Positions 28,364 to 37,808 of a stretch of DNA of 64,000 bases are shown here, one piece after another. Positions within the stretch are counted from its first letter, which is position 1. Every line of letters begins with the position of its first letter. Origin of the DNA: a virus; IMG/VR virus record IMGVR_UViG_3300033148_006964, positions 1-64,000 of that record. The stretch is one strand, 5' to 3'. Under the pieces are notes generated by a model. That model was not told where the DNA came from and searched no databases. It was given only the letters and a program-made list of their open reading frames with translations. Position numbers and translations under genes: made by a program.

Positions 28364-28705
28364 GTGAAACAAGCAAAAATCTGGGGAACCACAAACGATT
28401 TATTCTTTAAAAACAACGTAGAAGTGCATCGAATAGAAATTAATGCTGGTGGGTTTTGCAGTAAACACCTACATGAATATAAATTTAATATGTTCTTTGT
28501 TGAGTCTGGTACTATTGAAGTTTCTATATGGACTAAAGAAGGGCTGGTTGATAAGACTATTCTTAAACCAGGAGAAAAGACAGCCGTACCTCCAAATGTG
28601 CATCATAGGTTTAGAGCGGTTGAAGATGTAGTTGCTTATGAGATTTATTGGACAGAATTGAATTCTGATGATATAATTAGAGAGACAATAGGCGGTAGTA
28701 AATGA
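28364..28705 (+). CDS. Cupin (sugar isomerase/epimerase-like)
   Basis: GTG start with AGGAG. CSKHLHEYK..F.VESG and VPP..HHRF cupin motifs. Confidence 0.8.
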   Translation: MKQAKIWGTTNDLFFKNNVEVHRIEINAGGFCSKHLHEYKFNMFFVESGTIEVSIWTKEGLVDKTILKPGEKTAVPPNVHHRFRAVEDVVAYEIYWTELNSDDIIRETIGGSK

Positions 28706-29982
28706 TAACTTACCTCTTTTTTTAAAACACTTTACAAAAAAATTTGCTTTTTGCAAATAAATAGTATATATTATAAGTATTATGAAACTAGTCTATAAAT
28801 CATATAAGTTTAGATTAAATCCAAATGCCAAGGAAGAAATTCTAATTGCGAAGCATTTTGGATCATGTAGGTTTATATTTAATAGATATCTAAATTCTAG
28901 AAAAGAGAGCTATTTAACAAAAAAGAAATCGATTAATTATTATGATAATGCGAAAGATTTAACATTGTTAAAGAAAAATAAAGATTTTGAATGGCTTAAA
29001 GAAATAAACTCTCAAAGTTTACAATCATCATTAAGAAATTTAGATACGGCATATAATAGGTTTTTTAGAAATCAAGCTAGGTTTCCTAAATTCAAAAGTA
29101 AATATAATAAACAAAGCTTTACAATCCCCCAATCAGTATATATCAAAAATAATAAATTATATATACCTAAGTTTAAAGATGGTATTAAAATAAATACTCA
29201 TAGAAAGATCAATGGGAATATTTGTTTTGCCACAATATCAAAGTCAGCAACAGGCAAATACTATACAAGTATTACTTGTGAAGTAAAACATAAACCATTT
29301 AAAAAAACAAAATCAAGGGTTGGTATTGATACAGGAATAAAAAATTTAGCGATCCTTTCCGATGGAACTATATATGAAAATATTAAAACACTTAAACCTA
29401 ATCTTAAAAAATTAAAATATGAACAAAGGCAACTATCAAAGAAGAAAAAAGGTGGCTCATTAAGGGCAAAACAGAAAATAAGGCTTGCAAAAATATATGA
29501 AAGGGTATCTAATACCAGAAAGGACTATTTACATAAAGTCAGTACAGAGATTGTCAAAAACCACGATATAATCTGTATTGAAGATTTATCTGTAAAAAAT
29601 ATGATGAAAAATCATCATTTAGCTCAAGCGTTTTCTGACGTCGCATTAGGTATCTTTTATACAATGCTTAATTATAAGTGTGATTGGAATAATAAAACAA
29701 TTGTAAAAATTGATAAATTTTTTCCAAGCAGTAAAACGTGTAATATTTGTAATTTTATTAAGCAGGATTTATCTTTAAAAGATAGAGAGTGGACTTGCCC
29801 TAGTTGTAATACAAAGCATGATAGAGATATAAATGCAAGTATTAATATAAGAAATCAAGGTCTTAAAATATTGTCTGGTTTAGGAACTAAGTCGGACATT
29901 AAACAAAAACAGGTAGAGGCGTTCTCATTAGAGGAGTCTACGAAACCTGAAGTCTCAGTACCTTGTGCATGAGGTAGTTCAC
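28706..29982 (+). mobile_element. IS200/IS605-family tnpA-less element 1
   Basis: Contains tnpB. The right end GAGGTAGTTCAC (ends 29982) matches the typical IS605-type terminus. The left end is not resolved, so the start is approximate. Confidence 0.7.
28782..29972 (+). CDS. tnpB: RNA-guided endonuclease TnpB
   Basis: N-terminal HTH (YKFRLNP), RuvC GIDTG, IEDL and DRDINA motifs, CxxC..CxxC Zn finger. Confidence 0.95.
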   Translation: MKLVYKSYKFRLNPNAKEEILIAKHFGSCRFIFNRYLNSRKESYLTKKKSINYYDNAKDLTLLKKNKDFEWLKEINSQSLQSSLRNLDTAYNRFFRNQARFPKFKSKYNKQSFTIPQSVYIKNNKLYIPKFKDGIKINTHRKINGNICFATISKSATGKYYTSITCEVKHKPFKKTKSRVGIDTGIKNLAILSDGTIYENIKTLKPNLKKLKYEQRQLSKKKKGGSLRAKQKIRLAKIYERVSNTRKDYLHKVSTEIVKNHDIICIEDLSVKNMMKNHHLAQAFSDVALGIFYTMLNYKCDWNNKTIVKIDKFFPSSKTCNICNFIKQDLSLKDREWTCPSCNTKHDRDINASINIRNQGLKILSGLGTKSDIKQKQVEAFSLEESTKPEVSVPCA

Positions 29983-30002
29983 ATGGCTCAGGAAAATTCT
30001 TT
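29870..30002 (+). ncRNA. Putative TnpB omegaRNA (scaffold plus ~20-nt guide)
   Basis: Expected by family knowledge: overlaps the tnpB 3' end up to GTAGTTCAC, guide from 29983. The 5' boundary is a guess. Confidence 0.5.
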
Positions 30003-30381
30003 TTCAGAACGGGATATAGGCCGTATACAACAACAGTTAGAAGATATTATCCGTACTAATGGTACTACAGATAATACTTTATCGCAACTTTTTGCTAAAT
30101 TAGAGCAGTATGGAAAAAGTATTACTTTAATAGAAGCAAAAGTAAAAGAAGCTGATAGACGATTAACTGAAAATCATGAAGAAATAGATAGTAATGCTGA
30201 AAAGTTAATCAATGAACGAGAGCAAAGAATAAAAGATATTAATAAGGAAACTTATGCAAGATCTACGTTTGAAGAAGGTATTAAAGGGAGTGCTCGTACT
30301 ACTAAATGGGTGGTTATTATTATAACTCTAATATGTTTAGTCGCTTCTGCAATTAGTGCCGTTGTGACTCTTGCAAGGTGA
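29983..30381 (+). CDS. Coiled-coil protein with C-terminal TM helix (XhlA/holin-like topology)
   Basis: Likely ATG start at 29983 with GAGGT RBS. C-terminal WVVIIITLICLVASAISAVV. Confidence 0.6.
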   Translation: MAQENSFSERDIGRIQQQLEDIIRTNGTTDNTLSQLFAKLEQYGKSITLIEAKVKEADRRLTENHEEIDSNAEKLINEREQRIKDINKETYARSTFEEGIKGSARTTKWVVIIITLICLVASAISAVVTLAR

Positions 30382-30384
30382 AAT

Positions 30385-31131
30385 ATGGATATAGCAATTG
30401 TTGAAAGCAATCAATTAAATATTAAAAAAATTAGAAACACACTTAATAATAAGTTATGGAAAACCAGATTTTTTAGTGATGCTACAGAATTTGGTGAAAG
30501 CGATTTATCAAAATTCGATGTAATTATAGTAGATGTAATATTAACTGAAGGTAGTGGTAGAGAGCTTATAAATGCTGTTAAAAATAAAACTTCAGCAGAT
30601 TTATATTTAATGTCTTATGAGCCAAAATTATTTAATACTACTGATGTTAGTAGTAAGCGTATTTCAGGATTATTAAATATAACTGATAAAAACGATTTAA
30701 TTAAAGCTTTAGAATATACTGATTCAAAATTACGGATTAAAAATAATATAAAGAAAGAGCGCACAGTAGTAGAGGGACTTATTTCCAATACAAATGGATA
30801 TGTATTAGATTGTGAAAAAGGAATAATAACAATTGGCCTTTATGCAATCATGTCTGATAATAGTAAAAGAATTTTTGAAGAACGAATTAAAAAACTATCT
30901 TGTAATAATTGTATTATTTATTTTGCAAAAACAAACCCTACCTTATCTGTGTTTCTTCCTATGTTGACTTACTTTTATAATTTTTTTAATAAGTTGGAAA
31001 ATGGTCATATGGTTTTTTGTACTGAAGTTAAAGACGATATGCGACTTGTTAATGATTGTGGGTTAACTAAATTATTTCCAGTATTTAAAAATATAAAAGA
31101 AGCTACCTTATGGCTTAATGACTATATTTAA
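30385..31131 (+). CDS. Receiver (REC) domain fused to STAS-like domain
   Basis: IAIVE..., DVIIVDVILTEGSGRELI matches the receiver pattern. C-terminal ..LVNDCGLTKLFPVFKNIKEA..WL matches the STAS/anti-anti-sigma end motif. Confidence 0.55.
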   Translation: MDIAIVESNQLNIKKIRNTLNNKLWKTRFFSDATEFGESDLSKFDVIIVDVILTEGSGRELINAVKNKTSADLYLMSYEPKLFNTTDVSSKRISGLLNITDKNDLIKALEYTDSKLRIKNNIKKERTVVEGLISNTNGYVLDCEKGIITIGLYAIMSDNSKRIFEERIKKLSCNNCIIYFAKTNPTLSVFLPMLTYFYNFFNKLENGHMVFCTEVKDDMRLVNDCGLTKLFPVFKNIKEATLWLNDYI

Positions 31132-31249
31132 TGGTTAAAAGCATATATAGTAGAATTATATAATAAATTGAATCTTTCAATTGCCTTACCGGTGCATTTA
31201 GAGTTATATTATAGGTGAGGATCTTTGAAATTTTCGTATTAGGTAATAT

Positions 31250-32173
31250 ATGACTGTACCTTTAATAAATTTTCCACTTTCCGCGATAGTAGATGGGTTG
31301 TTAAGCTATCTTCATTATGAATTTGGTAATGCAGAAGTTACGCCTCCTGAATATAGGTGGAATTCTGATGATAGAGCTAGTAAAATAAGGATATCAGCGC
31401 CATTTGTTATAGATAATGAGAAACCAATGAGCGCACCATTTATTGTTGTAGAAAGAGGTCCGTTTACATTTTCTAATTCTGTAATTGATAATGTGAAAAG
31501 TGGAGATCCAAATGTTCTTACCAACATAAAAAAAATTGATTGGATGGATGGAACTGTTAATGTTATATGTGGGTCCGGAACAGCTGGAGAAGCATCAAGT
31601 CTTGCCAATTTCGTAGGAATGATGTTTCAGGCAGATAAGAGCGGCATAAAAGAAACGTTAAGATTTGTTCGTAATCTTAATTATATAGATGTATCACCTG
31701 AGATACCTGTATATAAAGAAACGGAAGTAAAGCGTTGGGAAGTAACATTAAGGATAAATGTTTCGTTACAATTTGGGTGGTTAAAACAAGATCTTAATAC
31801 TACTAGATGGAATAAAGTATCTGTAGTTACAATCGGTGACGATGAAGTTGCTTATTCAGACGCCGGAGAAACCGTTAAAAAATCTCCTATTTTAGTAGAT
31901 AAGACAAAAGATTTTGGATTTTTAACTACAAATGATCCACAATTATTAGAATCTGAATTTAATAAAGGTTGGTATTATATAAGATTTAGAGACAACGTTA
32001 ACGATCAATTGTATACTATAGTTGATGTTGTTGATAATCATTCGTTAAAATTACAAACGCATGATGTGAATGGCGACCCTGTACTTTGGAGGGCGTCTAA
32101 AGGTGAACGCGACGTAGAATATGATTTATTATGGAACACTATTCATGTTCATATTGAGCTTCCACAAAAATAA
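31250..32173 (+). CDS. Tail terminator/completion-like protein with extra C-terminal domain
   Basis: Immediately upstream of the sheath gene. PFIVVERG motif, beta-rich. Confidence 0.5.
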   Translation: MTVPLINFPLSAIVDGLLSYLHYEFGNAEVTPPEYRWNSDDRASKIRISAPFVIDNEKPMSAPFIVVERGPFTFSNSVIDNVKSGDPNVLTNIKKIDWMDGTVNVICGSGTAGEASSLANFVGMMFQADKSGIKETLRFVRNLNYIDVSPEIPVYKETEVKRWEVTLRINVSLQFGWLKQDLNTTRWNKVSVVTIGDDEVAYSDAGETVKKSPILVDKTKDFGFLTTNDPQLLESEFNKGWYYIRFRDNVNDQLYTIVDVVDNHSLKLQTHDVNGDPVLWRASKGERDVEYDLLWNTIHVHIELPQK

Positions 32174-32194
32174 TTTAAGCAAGGAGAAATAGAT

Positions 32195-34981
32195 ATGACT
32201 GCATACCGAGGACCGCATGTGGCGGTTGAACAAACATTTGAAACATCTCCCGGTGCCGTAGCTATTGAAAATCTGCCACCTGCAATCGCAGCCTCTGCAT
32301 TTGACATTTTTGCAGAAGAGGCATTAGATACATGGTATGGTATTTTAGGAGCTAGTTCTGGAGTTGAAACACCATGGGAAGTAGATGGTGTCACAATAGA
32401 TAAAGTCGTCTATGATAAAGATGTAATTGATCAAAGGGCATATGATTTTTATCCTGTTAATGTATATGCTAGTAGTCAATTTGGTAATATTGAATTAGAT
32501 AAAGAGGATAAAGTTTCTTCTGATGGTATTACTTTTTATAAAGACGATGTTTATGATGTGCCTGATACAGAAAAGGTAGTTGGATCTTGCACTGGAGTTC
32601 TTCCGTATTATAAAAGTATGGGCTCTTTAGTAACGATTCTGGAAGCTAATAAGTCTACTGTTATTATTACTAATGGCGCTATTGTAACGGCTCAAATAAA
32701 ACCTGGCCAACATGTTTTTGTAACAAGTGACGCAGGAACATCCTGGACATTAGTTGGTGTAGTTGGATCAATTGGAACAGATGAAACTAAAATTCATCTT
32801 GCCAGTGCTTATAGTGCTGCTATAGCTGCTGGAAACGGAATAGCTGTAGGATGCGCACCTGAAACTAATGCAACAATAGCCTTGAATACGCTTTCAGATA
32901 CATTATATGATGCTAATGCTGATTTTATAGCTGCTAAAGTTAAGGTCGGTGATCTGGTTAATATTACAAGCCTATCATTAAGTAGCGAAATCGTTGCCTC
33001 AGTAAGATCTATAATAAATGCTAATACTATTAAATTTAATACTGTAACGCAAACAAGGCCAGATGATTATTTTACTCAATATAAAATATCAGCTGCAGCG
33101 CCTGGTGTTACGGTTGCAGCAAGTACATATAGTATTACAAGATTTGTTGGGTTTTCTCAGAACTACGGTTTAGAGATACTTGAAGATGAAGCGTCTGTTA
33201 AAACTGGTGTTGTAATTAAAGCAGTAGATACTGTTAATTATCTTTCATTTAAAATACCTAGCATTGTGCAAGAAGCTTCTCAGGCTTCGAGTTCTTCGAG
33301 TTCTTTGAATTCTTCCAGTTCTAGTTCAGAATCTTCGAGTTCTGAAAGATCAAGTAGCTCAAGTTCTGAATCTTCAAGTTCAAGTTCTGAAAGTTCAGCA
33401 TCTTCAGGGTCTATGAGTTCTTCCAGTTCTTCTCTTTCTTTAAGTTCTGAAAGTTCGTCCAGCTCTGTATATGGAGATACAGTTCCTGCACTTTCTGCTG
33501 GTGATGTGATTATGATTACCAGTACTAATGATGATAGTATCTCTGAAGCAAATATGACGCCGTATAAAATAGATACTATTACTTTTGATGGGACCGATTA
33601 TACTATTACGTCTCAGACTCATCTGTATAGAAGTTGTGCGGGTACTGTTAATATTGCTAATGGTGATTATCTACATGCCTGGCATCCTGAGCTTGAAAGT
33701 TCTGTTGCAGCAGATTTTAGAGCTGTTAGATCTGAAGAGAATCAGGTTGTTAAACGTATTTCTAGTCCAAAAGATATTACAAACGCCTGGTGTAGTGGTG
33801 ATGAAATAGATGTTCATAATGAGCTTGCATTTATGGCTTTAAGCGCATTTAATACATCTGGCGGTAAGGTTTGTTACGGTATTAATGCTGATGCTACTGC
33901 ATCAAGTATTTCAACTGAATACGCCGCATGCCTTGAGGAGTTGAAGCTTTATGACGTTTATAGTCATTGTCTTGGAACTACAGATGCTGGTGTTAATGCG
34001 TTAATGTCTGCATATTGTGACGGCCAAGCTGATCCTTATGAAGGACATGAACGTGTTGCTGTTCTCGCTTATGATGAAGATGACGCTTACTTAATGGGAA
34101 CTGATACAGGCACTTCAGCTGCATCAGGTGTTATAACCCTTACAGGTGGAACGTTTAATCCTCTTACAGCAGGTTTAACTGTAGGTGATACTGTAGATCT
34201 TTTTGATTCAGATGGAGATCTTGTAGGAAGTGCAAATGTTACTGAAACTCCTACAACGTTAACATCTATACAAACTGATGGAATCCTAACTACTGGTGTT
34301 TCGTTTAACTTTTTAAGCGGTAGAAAAGACGACCAGGCAAATCGTATAGCCCTTCTTGGTGCGATTACAAATAGACGTAATAAAGTCGTTTGGCCTAGTT
34401 ATTTTTATGCTGAAGTTGATAATACCAGATATTTACTTCCGCCTTATTATATTGCTGCTAATATTTGCGGTGAAGATTCTGGCGTTATAGTATCTCAATC
34501 TTTTACAAGAAAGTCTTTTACACCTTCTGGTATGTCTAATATTCAACTTAATACTAATACTTATTTTAGAAAGTCTCAACTTGACGAAATAGGTTCAGGT
34601 GGTATAGATATTATGATTCAAGATGCGACTATAACTCAAAGTATTAAATCGCGTCATGATCTTACTACTAATATGGACGCAGTTGAATATAGAGAATGGT
34701 CAATTACTAAACAAGCTGATGTAGCGGCTAAAACTTTAAGAAATGCTATTGATCCTTATGTTGGTAGATACAATATAACACCAGATCTATTTAAGTTTAT
34801 AGGTCAAGTATGCGGTATTGTAAGTGCTAAACTTGTTAAAGATGGTATTGTTAAAAAATTAGAAGTTAGTTCAATAAAACGTGATGAAACGATTTCTGAT
34901 AAAATTAATATTACCGCAAAAGCGACTGTTTTTGTAGCTGCAAATACTTATGAAATAGATTTACTTGTTGTATCACGTTAA
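32195..34981 (+). CDS. Tail sheath protein with large insertions, including a poly-Ser tract
   Basis: N-terminal YRGPHVAVEQ, C-terminal IRSRHDLTT..YREWSITKQAD..LR..I..Y.G. Upstream of the tube gene. Confidence 0.85.
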   Translation: MTAYRGPHVAVEQTFETSPGAVAIENLPPAIAASAFDIFAEEALDTWYGILGASSGVETPWEVDGVTIDKVVYDKDVIDQRAYDFYPVNVYASSQFGNIELDKEDKVSSDGITFYKDDVYDVPDTEKVVGSCTGVLPYYKSMGSLVTILEANKSTVIITNGAIVTAQIKPGQHVFVTSDAGTSWTLVGVVGSIGTDETKIHLASAYSAAIAAGNGIAVGCAPETNATIALNTLSDTLYDANADFIAAKVKVGDLVNITSLSLSSEIVASVRSIINANTIKFNTVTQTRPDDYFTQYKISAAAPGVTVAASTYSITRFVGFSQNYGLEILEDEASVKTGVVIKAVDTVNYLSFKIPSIVQEASQASSSSSSLNSSSSSSESSSSERSSSSSSESSSSSSESSASSGSMSSSSSSLSLSSESSSSSVYGDTVPALSAGDVIMITSTNDDSISEANMTPYKIDTITFDGTDYTITSQTHLYRSCAGTVNIANGDYLHAWHPELESSVAADFRAVRSEENQVVKRISSPKDITNAWCSGDEIDVHNELAFMALSAFNTSGGKVCYGINADATASSISTEYAACLEELKLYDVYSHCLGTTDAGVNALMSAYCDGQADPYEGHERVAVLAYDEDDAYLMGTDTGTSAASGVITLTGGTFNPLTAGLTVGDTVDLFDSDGDLVGSANVTETPTTLTSIQTDGILTTGVSFNFLSGRKDDQANRIALLGAITNRRNKVVWPSYFYAEVDNTRYLLPPYYIAANICGEDSGVIVSQSFTRKSFTPSGMSNIQLNTNTYFRKSQLDEIGSGGIDIMIQDATITQSIKSRHDLTTNMDAVEYREWSITKQADVAAKTLRNAIDPYVGRYNITPDLFKFIGQVCGIVSAKLVKDGIVKKLEVSSIKRDETISDKINITAKATVFVAANTYEIDLLVVSR
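33288..33465 (+). repeat. Ser-coding low-complexity tract 4 (in sheath)
   Basis: About 59 codons including SLNSS. Confidence 0.95.
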
Positions 34982-35037
34982 CTGAAATTATAATTATTTT
35001 TCTGTTAAAGAAAAGTTTTTATATATAGGAGGTCATT

Positions 35038-35871
35038 ATGGCCGATAGTCAAGAAAAAAAACCAATGCAGTCAATAGATGACTATATTGATCATACAGCG
35101 TCATGGGATTGGGAAGATAAGCATGTTTCTCAAGCCTATTTAGATCCAGAAGATGGAATAGCTAATAAAGACTCTATTGCGATTAATGATATTGTTGAAT
35201 CGGGAACAGTGTTAATAGCGGCAGGTCCTGCCGATCTTGACAAAGCTCTTGATCTATCTATCAATGCAGATGGTTTTAGAGTTGTTCCAATTGGTTTAGT
35301 TGAAACTGCTCAAATAAGTATGAACAAACCATTAAGTCGTATTTTTGAAATTGGATCAAAACTTAGTTACATTGTACCAGGTAGAACTGTTGGTGGAGTA
35401 AGTCTAAGTCGAGTATTTTTTGATGGTCCAAGTCTTATGAAAGCGTTGTATATGGGTGAAGTAAAAGCTGATGCCGCTAATGTTGATAAGAAATTAGTTA
35501 AGTTTATATCGAATCAATACAATGACGATGATGGCAATGCAGCTTATCAAAAATTTGCTCATATAGGATCTGGTAATCTAGCTATGAATTTAGCTTCTTC
35601 ATTTTTTGATCAGCCAATAGGTCTTGCGTTTTATTTTAAAGATCAGCAAAGTGATACTGTTGGCCAAACTTATTTTGAAGGTTGTCGGGTTAATACATAT
35701 AACCTTGGCATTTCAGCAAATATGAATGTGCTTACAGAATCTGTGAATATGGAATTTATAAGATGTCGTCCAATAGTAACAGTAGGTTATACTTCCAGTT
35801 ATTCTAGAAGTACTGATCTTGCTGATATTAATATTGTGTCGTCTGCACCATCTGCAGTTCCTAGTGCATAA
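35038..35871 (+). CDS. Tail tube protein
   Basis: Follows the sheath gene. PIGLVE..ISM..PLSRIFEIGS..SY.VPG tube-like pattern. Confidence 0.75.
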   Translation: MADSQEKKPMQSIDDYIDHTASWDWEDKHVSQAYLDPEDGIANKDSIAINDIVESGTVLIAAGPADLDKALDLSINADGFRVVPIGLVETAQISMNKPLSRIFEIGSKLSYIVPGRTVGGVSLSRVFFDGPSLMKALYMGEVKADAANVDKKLVKFISNQYNDDDGNAAYQKFAHIGSGNLAMNLASSFFDQPIGLAFYFKDQQSDTVGQTYFEGCRVNTYNLGISANMNVLTESVNMEFIRCRPIVTVGYTSSYSRSTDLADINIVSSAPSAVPSA

Positions 35872-35885
35872 CATTATTAATAGCT

Positions 35886-35935
35886 AAAAAAAAGAAACCC
35901 CTGTAAAATAATATTACAGGGGTTTTATTTTATTA
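35886..35935. terminator. Bidirectional terminator
   Basis: AAACCCCTGTAA/TTACAGGGGTTT stem flanked by A and T tracts. Confidence 0.85.
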
Positions 35936-35939
35936 TTTT

Positions 35940-37165
35940 TTATTAAATAATACTTGATATTTTAATTTCCTTATATTATATTATTCACTGTATGAATATT
36001 ATAACTTATAATGTAAAAATTCAGGGGAAATATGAAGATTCTCTTATTAAGACATTAAGTCTTCAAAGAGATTTAGTTAATTTTTGCTCTAAGCTTCATT
36101 TTGGTGCTAAAAAAAATTCTATTGTTGACCTTCATAATAAAGCATATAAAAATGCCAGATTAAAATACCCAGATGCTTTTAGCCAACTTGTAATTCGAGC
36201 TGAACAGGAAACATTAGGATCTTATCGCACGGCAAAATCAAATAAACATAACCTTAAACAACCTATTAATAAGCATAACTTATCATGTAGACTTGATAAA
36301 AGGGCTTATTCCAAGTTTACAAAACAGTCAATAAGAATATCAACTATCGATGGTAGAAAAGAGTTTGATCTTAAATTATATCCAAAAATAGACAATTTAT
36401 TTGATAGATATACTACAGCTGATCCTCTTGTGTTTTGTAAAAATGATAAGTTATGGTTGTCCGTTAGTTTTAACATACCAGAACAGGTCATTGCAGAAAA
36501 TAAACTTGCCGTTGGTGTAGATCTTGGGAAGCGTAATTTAGCTGTAACATCTGATGGTAAATTAATCTCTGGAAGAGAATTTAATAAACACAAGCGTAGA
36601 ATTCGTTATAATAAAAGAATGTTGCAAAGCGTAGGTTCTAAATCTTCAAAACATAAACTCAGAAAAATAAGAAGAAAAGAATATAATTTTTCAAAGAATT
36701 ATACGCATCATGTTGCTAATGAAATATTAGATACAGGTGCTAATATTATTGTATTAGAAGATTTAACAAAAATCAAAAAGAAAAAAAATAAATATCAAAA
36801 TAAAAATAACATTTCTCAAGTTCCGTTTTATTTGCTTCGTTCTATATTGGAATATAAGGCACCTCTTTTAAATAAGAAGGTAACGGTTATAAATCCAAAG
36901 AATACAAGTAAAAATGATTATAGGGGTATTAAGCCTGGTATAAGAAAAGGTGGAGAATATAAAACCAGTGATGGTTTAATTTTTCACGCAGATCTTAATG
37001 CCGCAAATAATATAGCCTTAAAATCAAAACACCCTTCTCTACTTGTTGATCCAATTAATTCGTTTAGAAGGCAGGGTGCGGTCAAACACCCAATAGTAGA
37101 CTCTCAAATTAGCATTGCTAATGGAGAGGTCTACAAGCCCACGGCTTTAGCTGTTGGCGTTTGAC
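35940..37165 (+). mobile_element. IS200/IS605-family tnpA-less element 2
   Basis: Right-end hairpin AAGCCCACGGCTTTAGCTGTTGGCGTTTGAC at 37135-37165. The left end is approximate. Confidence 0.65.
35992..37164 (+). CDS. tnpB: RNA-guided endonuclease TnpB lacking Zn-finger cysteines
   Basis: GVDLG, VLEDL and HADLNAANNI RuvC motifs. SKNDYRG...YKTSDG stands where CxxC pairs normally sit. Confidence 0.85.
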   Translation: MNIITYNVKIQGKYEDSLIKTLSLQRDLVNFCSKLHFGAKKNSIVDLHNKAYKNARLKYPDAFSQLVIRAEQETLGSYRTAKSNKHNLKQPINKHNLSCRLDKRAYSKFTKQSIRISTIDGRKEFDLKLYPKIDNLFDRYTTADPLVFCKNDKLWLSVSFNIPEQVIAENKLAVGVDLGKRNLAVTSDGKLISGREFNKHKRRIRYNKRMLQSVGSKSSKHKLRKIRRKEYNFSKNYTHHVANEILDTGANIIVLEDLTKIKKKKNKYQNKNNISQVPFYLLRSILEYKAPLLNKKVTVINPKNTSKNDYRGIKPGIRKGGEYKTSDGLIFHADLNAANNIALKSKHPSLLVDPINSFRRQGAVKHPIVDSQISIANGEVYKPTALAVGV

Positions 37166-37754
37166 CCCACCACATTAAAGATATAACGTTCCATAAAGCT
37201 TGATATAAATGAAGGAATCCAGATTCAGAGTCATATATATATTTAGTACGCATACATTTAAAATGTCTGTAAAATGCCCCATGATATCTTTTAGGATCGA
37301 CTAACATCCAATTATCATCATCATATTTAATAGCGCCATGAGCGTATACATCAGCAAGAATATTAAGAACATCAGGATCAATAAGATCCCATCTTTCTAT
37401 GTCTGATGAATATGATAATAGATCTTCAGTTATATAATCTTCTTTTTTTAATAAGAAACATATAAGAAAAGCAATAACAGCAAGATTTTCACAGTTAGTT
37501 CCTGGAATAAATCTATGTCCTGTGCTCCAATTACGCATTAATGACATTATAGTGTTATATATTATTGCTTCTTTTTTTTTATCTAAAAGATTAAGTTTGT
37601 GTAACGATCCACCAGGGAGAAATTCATTTGCAGCAAGTACTACCCTGCTTATCTGAGCCATCGGAAGAAGATCCCATCTGGCTTTTTTGCTATCAAACTT
37701 TATGCCTTGTTTACTAAAATCTGCGTTTTTATCAGTACTTTGTTTATTGTTCAT
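37131..37754 (-). CDS. DUF5664-like (dATP/dGTP diphosphohydrolase N-terminal) domain protein, tandem copies
   Basis: GIKFDSKKARWDLLP, then a second RWDLI...GAIKY..DNW...RH...DSESG..HL..A.WN. Confidence 0.7.
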   Translation of the reverse strand: MNNKQSTDKNADFSKQGIKFDSKKARWDLLPMAQISRVVLAANEFLPGGSLHKLNLLDKKKEAIIYNTIMSLMRNWSTGHRFIPGTNCENLAVIAFLICFLLKKEDYITEDLLSYSSDIERWDLIDPDVLNILADVYAHGAIKYDDDNWMLVDPKRYHGAFYRHFKCMRTKYIYDSESGFLHLYQALWNVISLMWWGQTPTAKAVGL

Positions 37755-37776
37755 AAAAAAATCCTTGTTTTAAATT

Positions 37777-37808
37777 AAAAAAAGAGGGCATGCATTACAC
37801 ACGCCCTC
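37777..37808 (-). terminator. Rho-independent terminator closing the non-coding region
   Basis: Minus strand GAGGGCG/TGCCCTC stem followed by T7. Confidence 0.8.
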
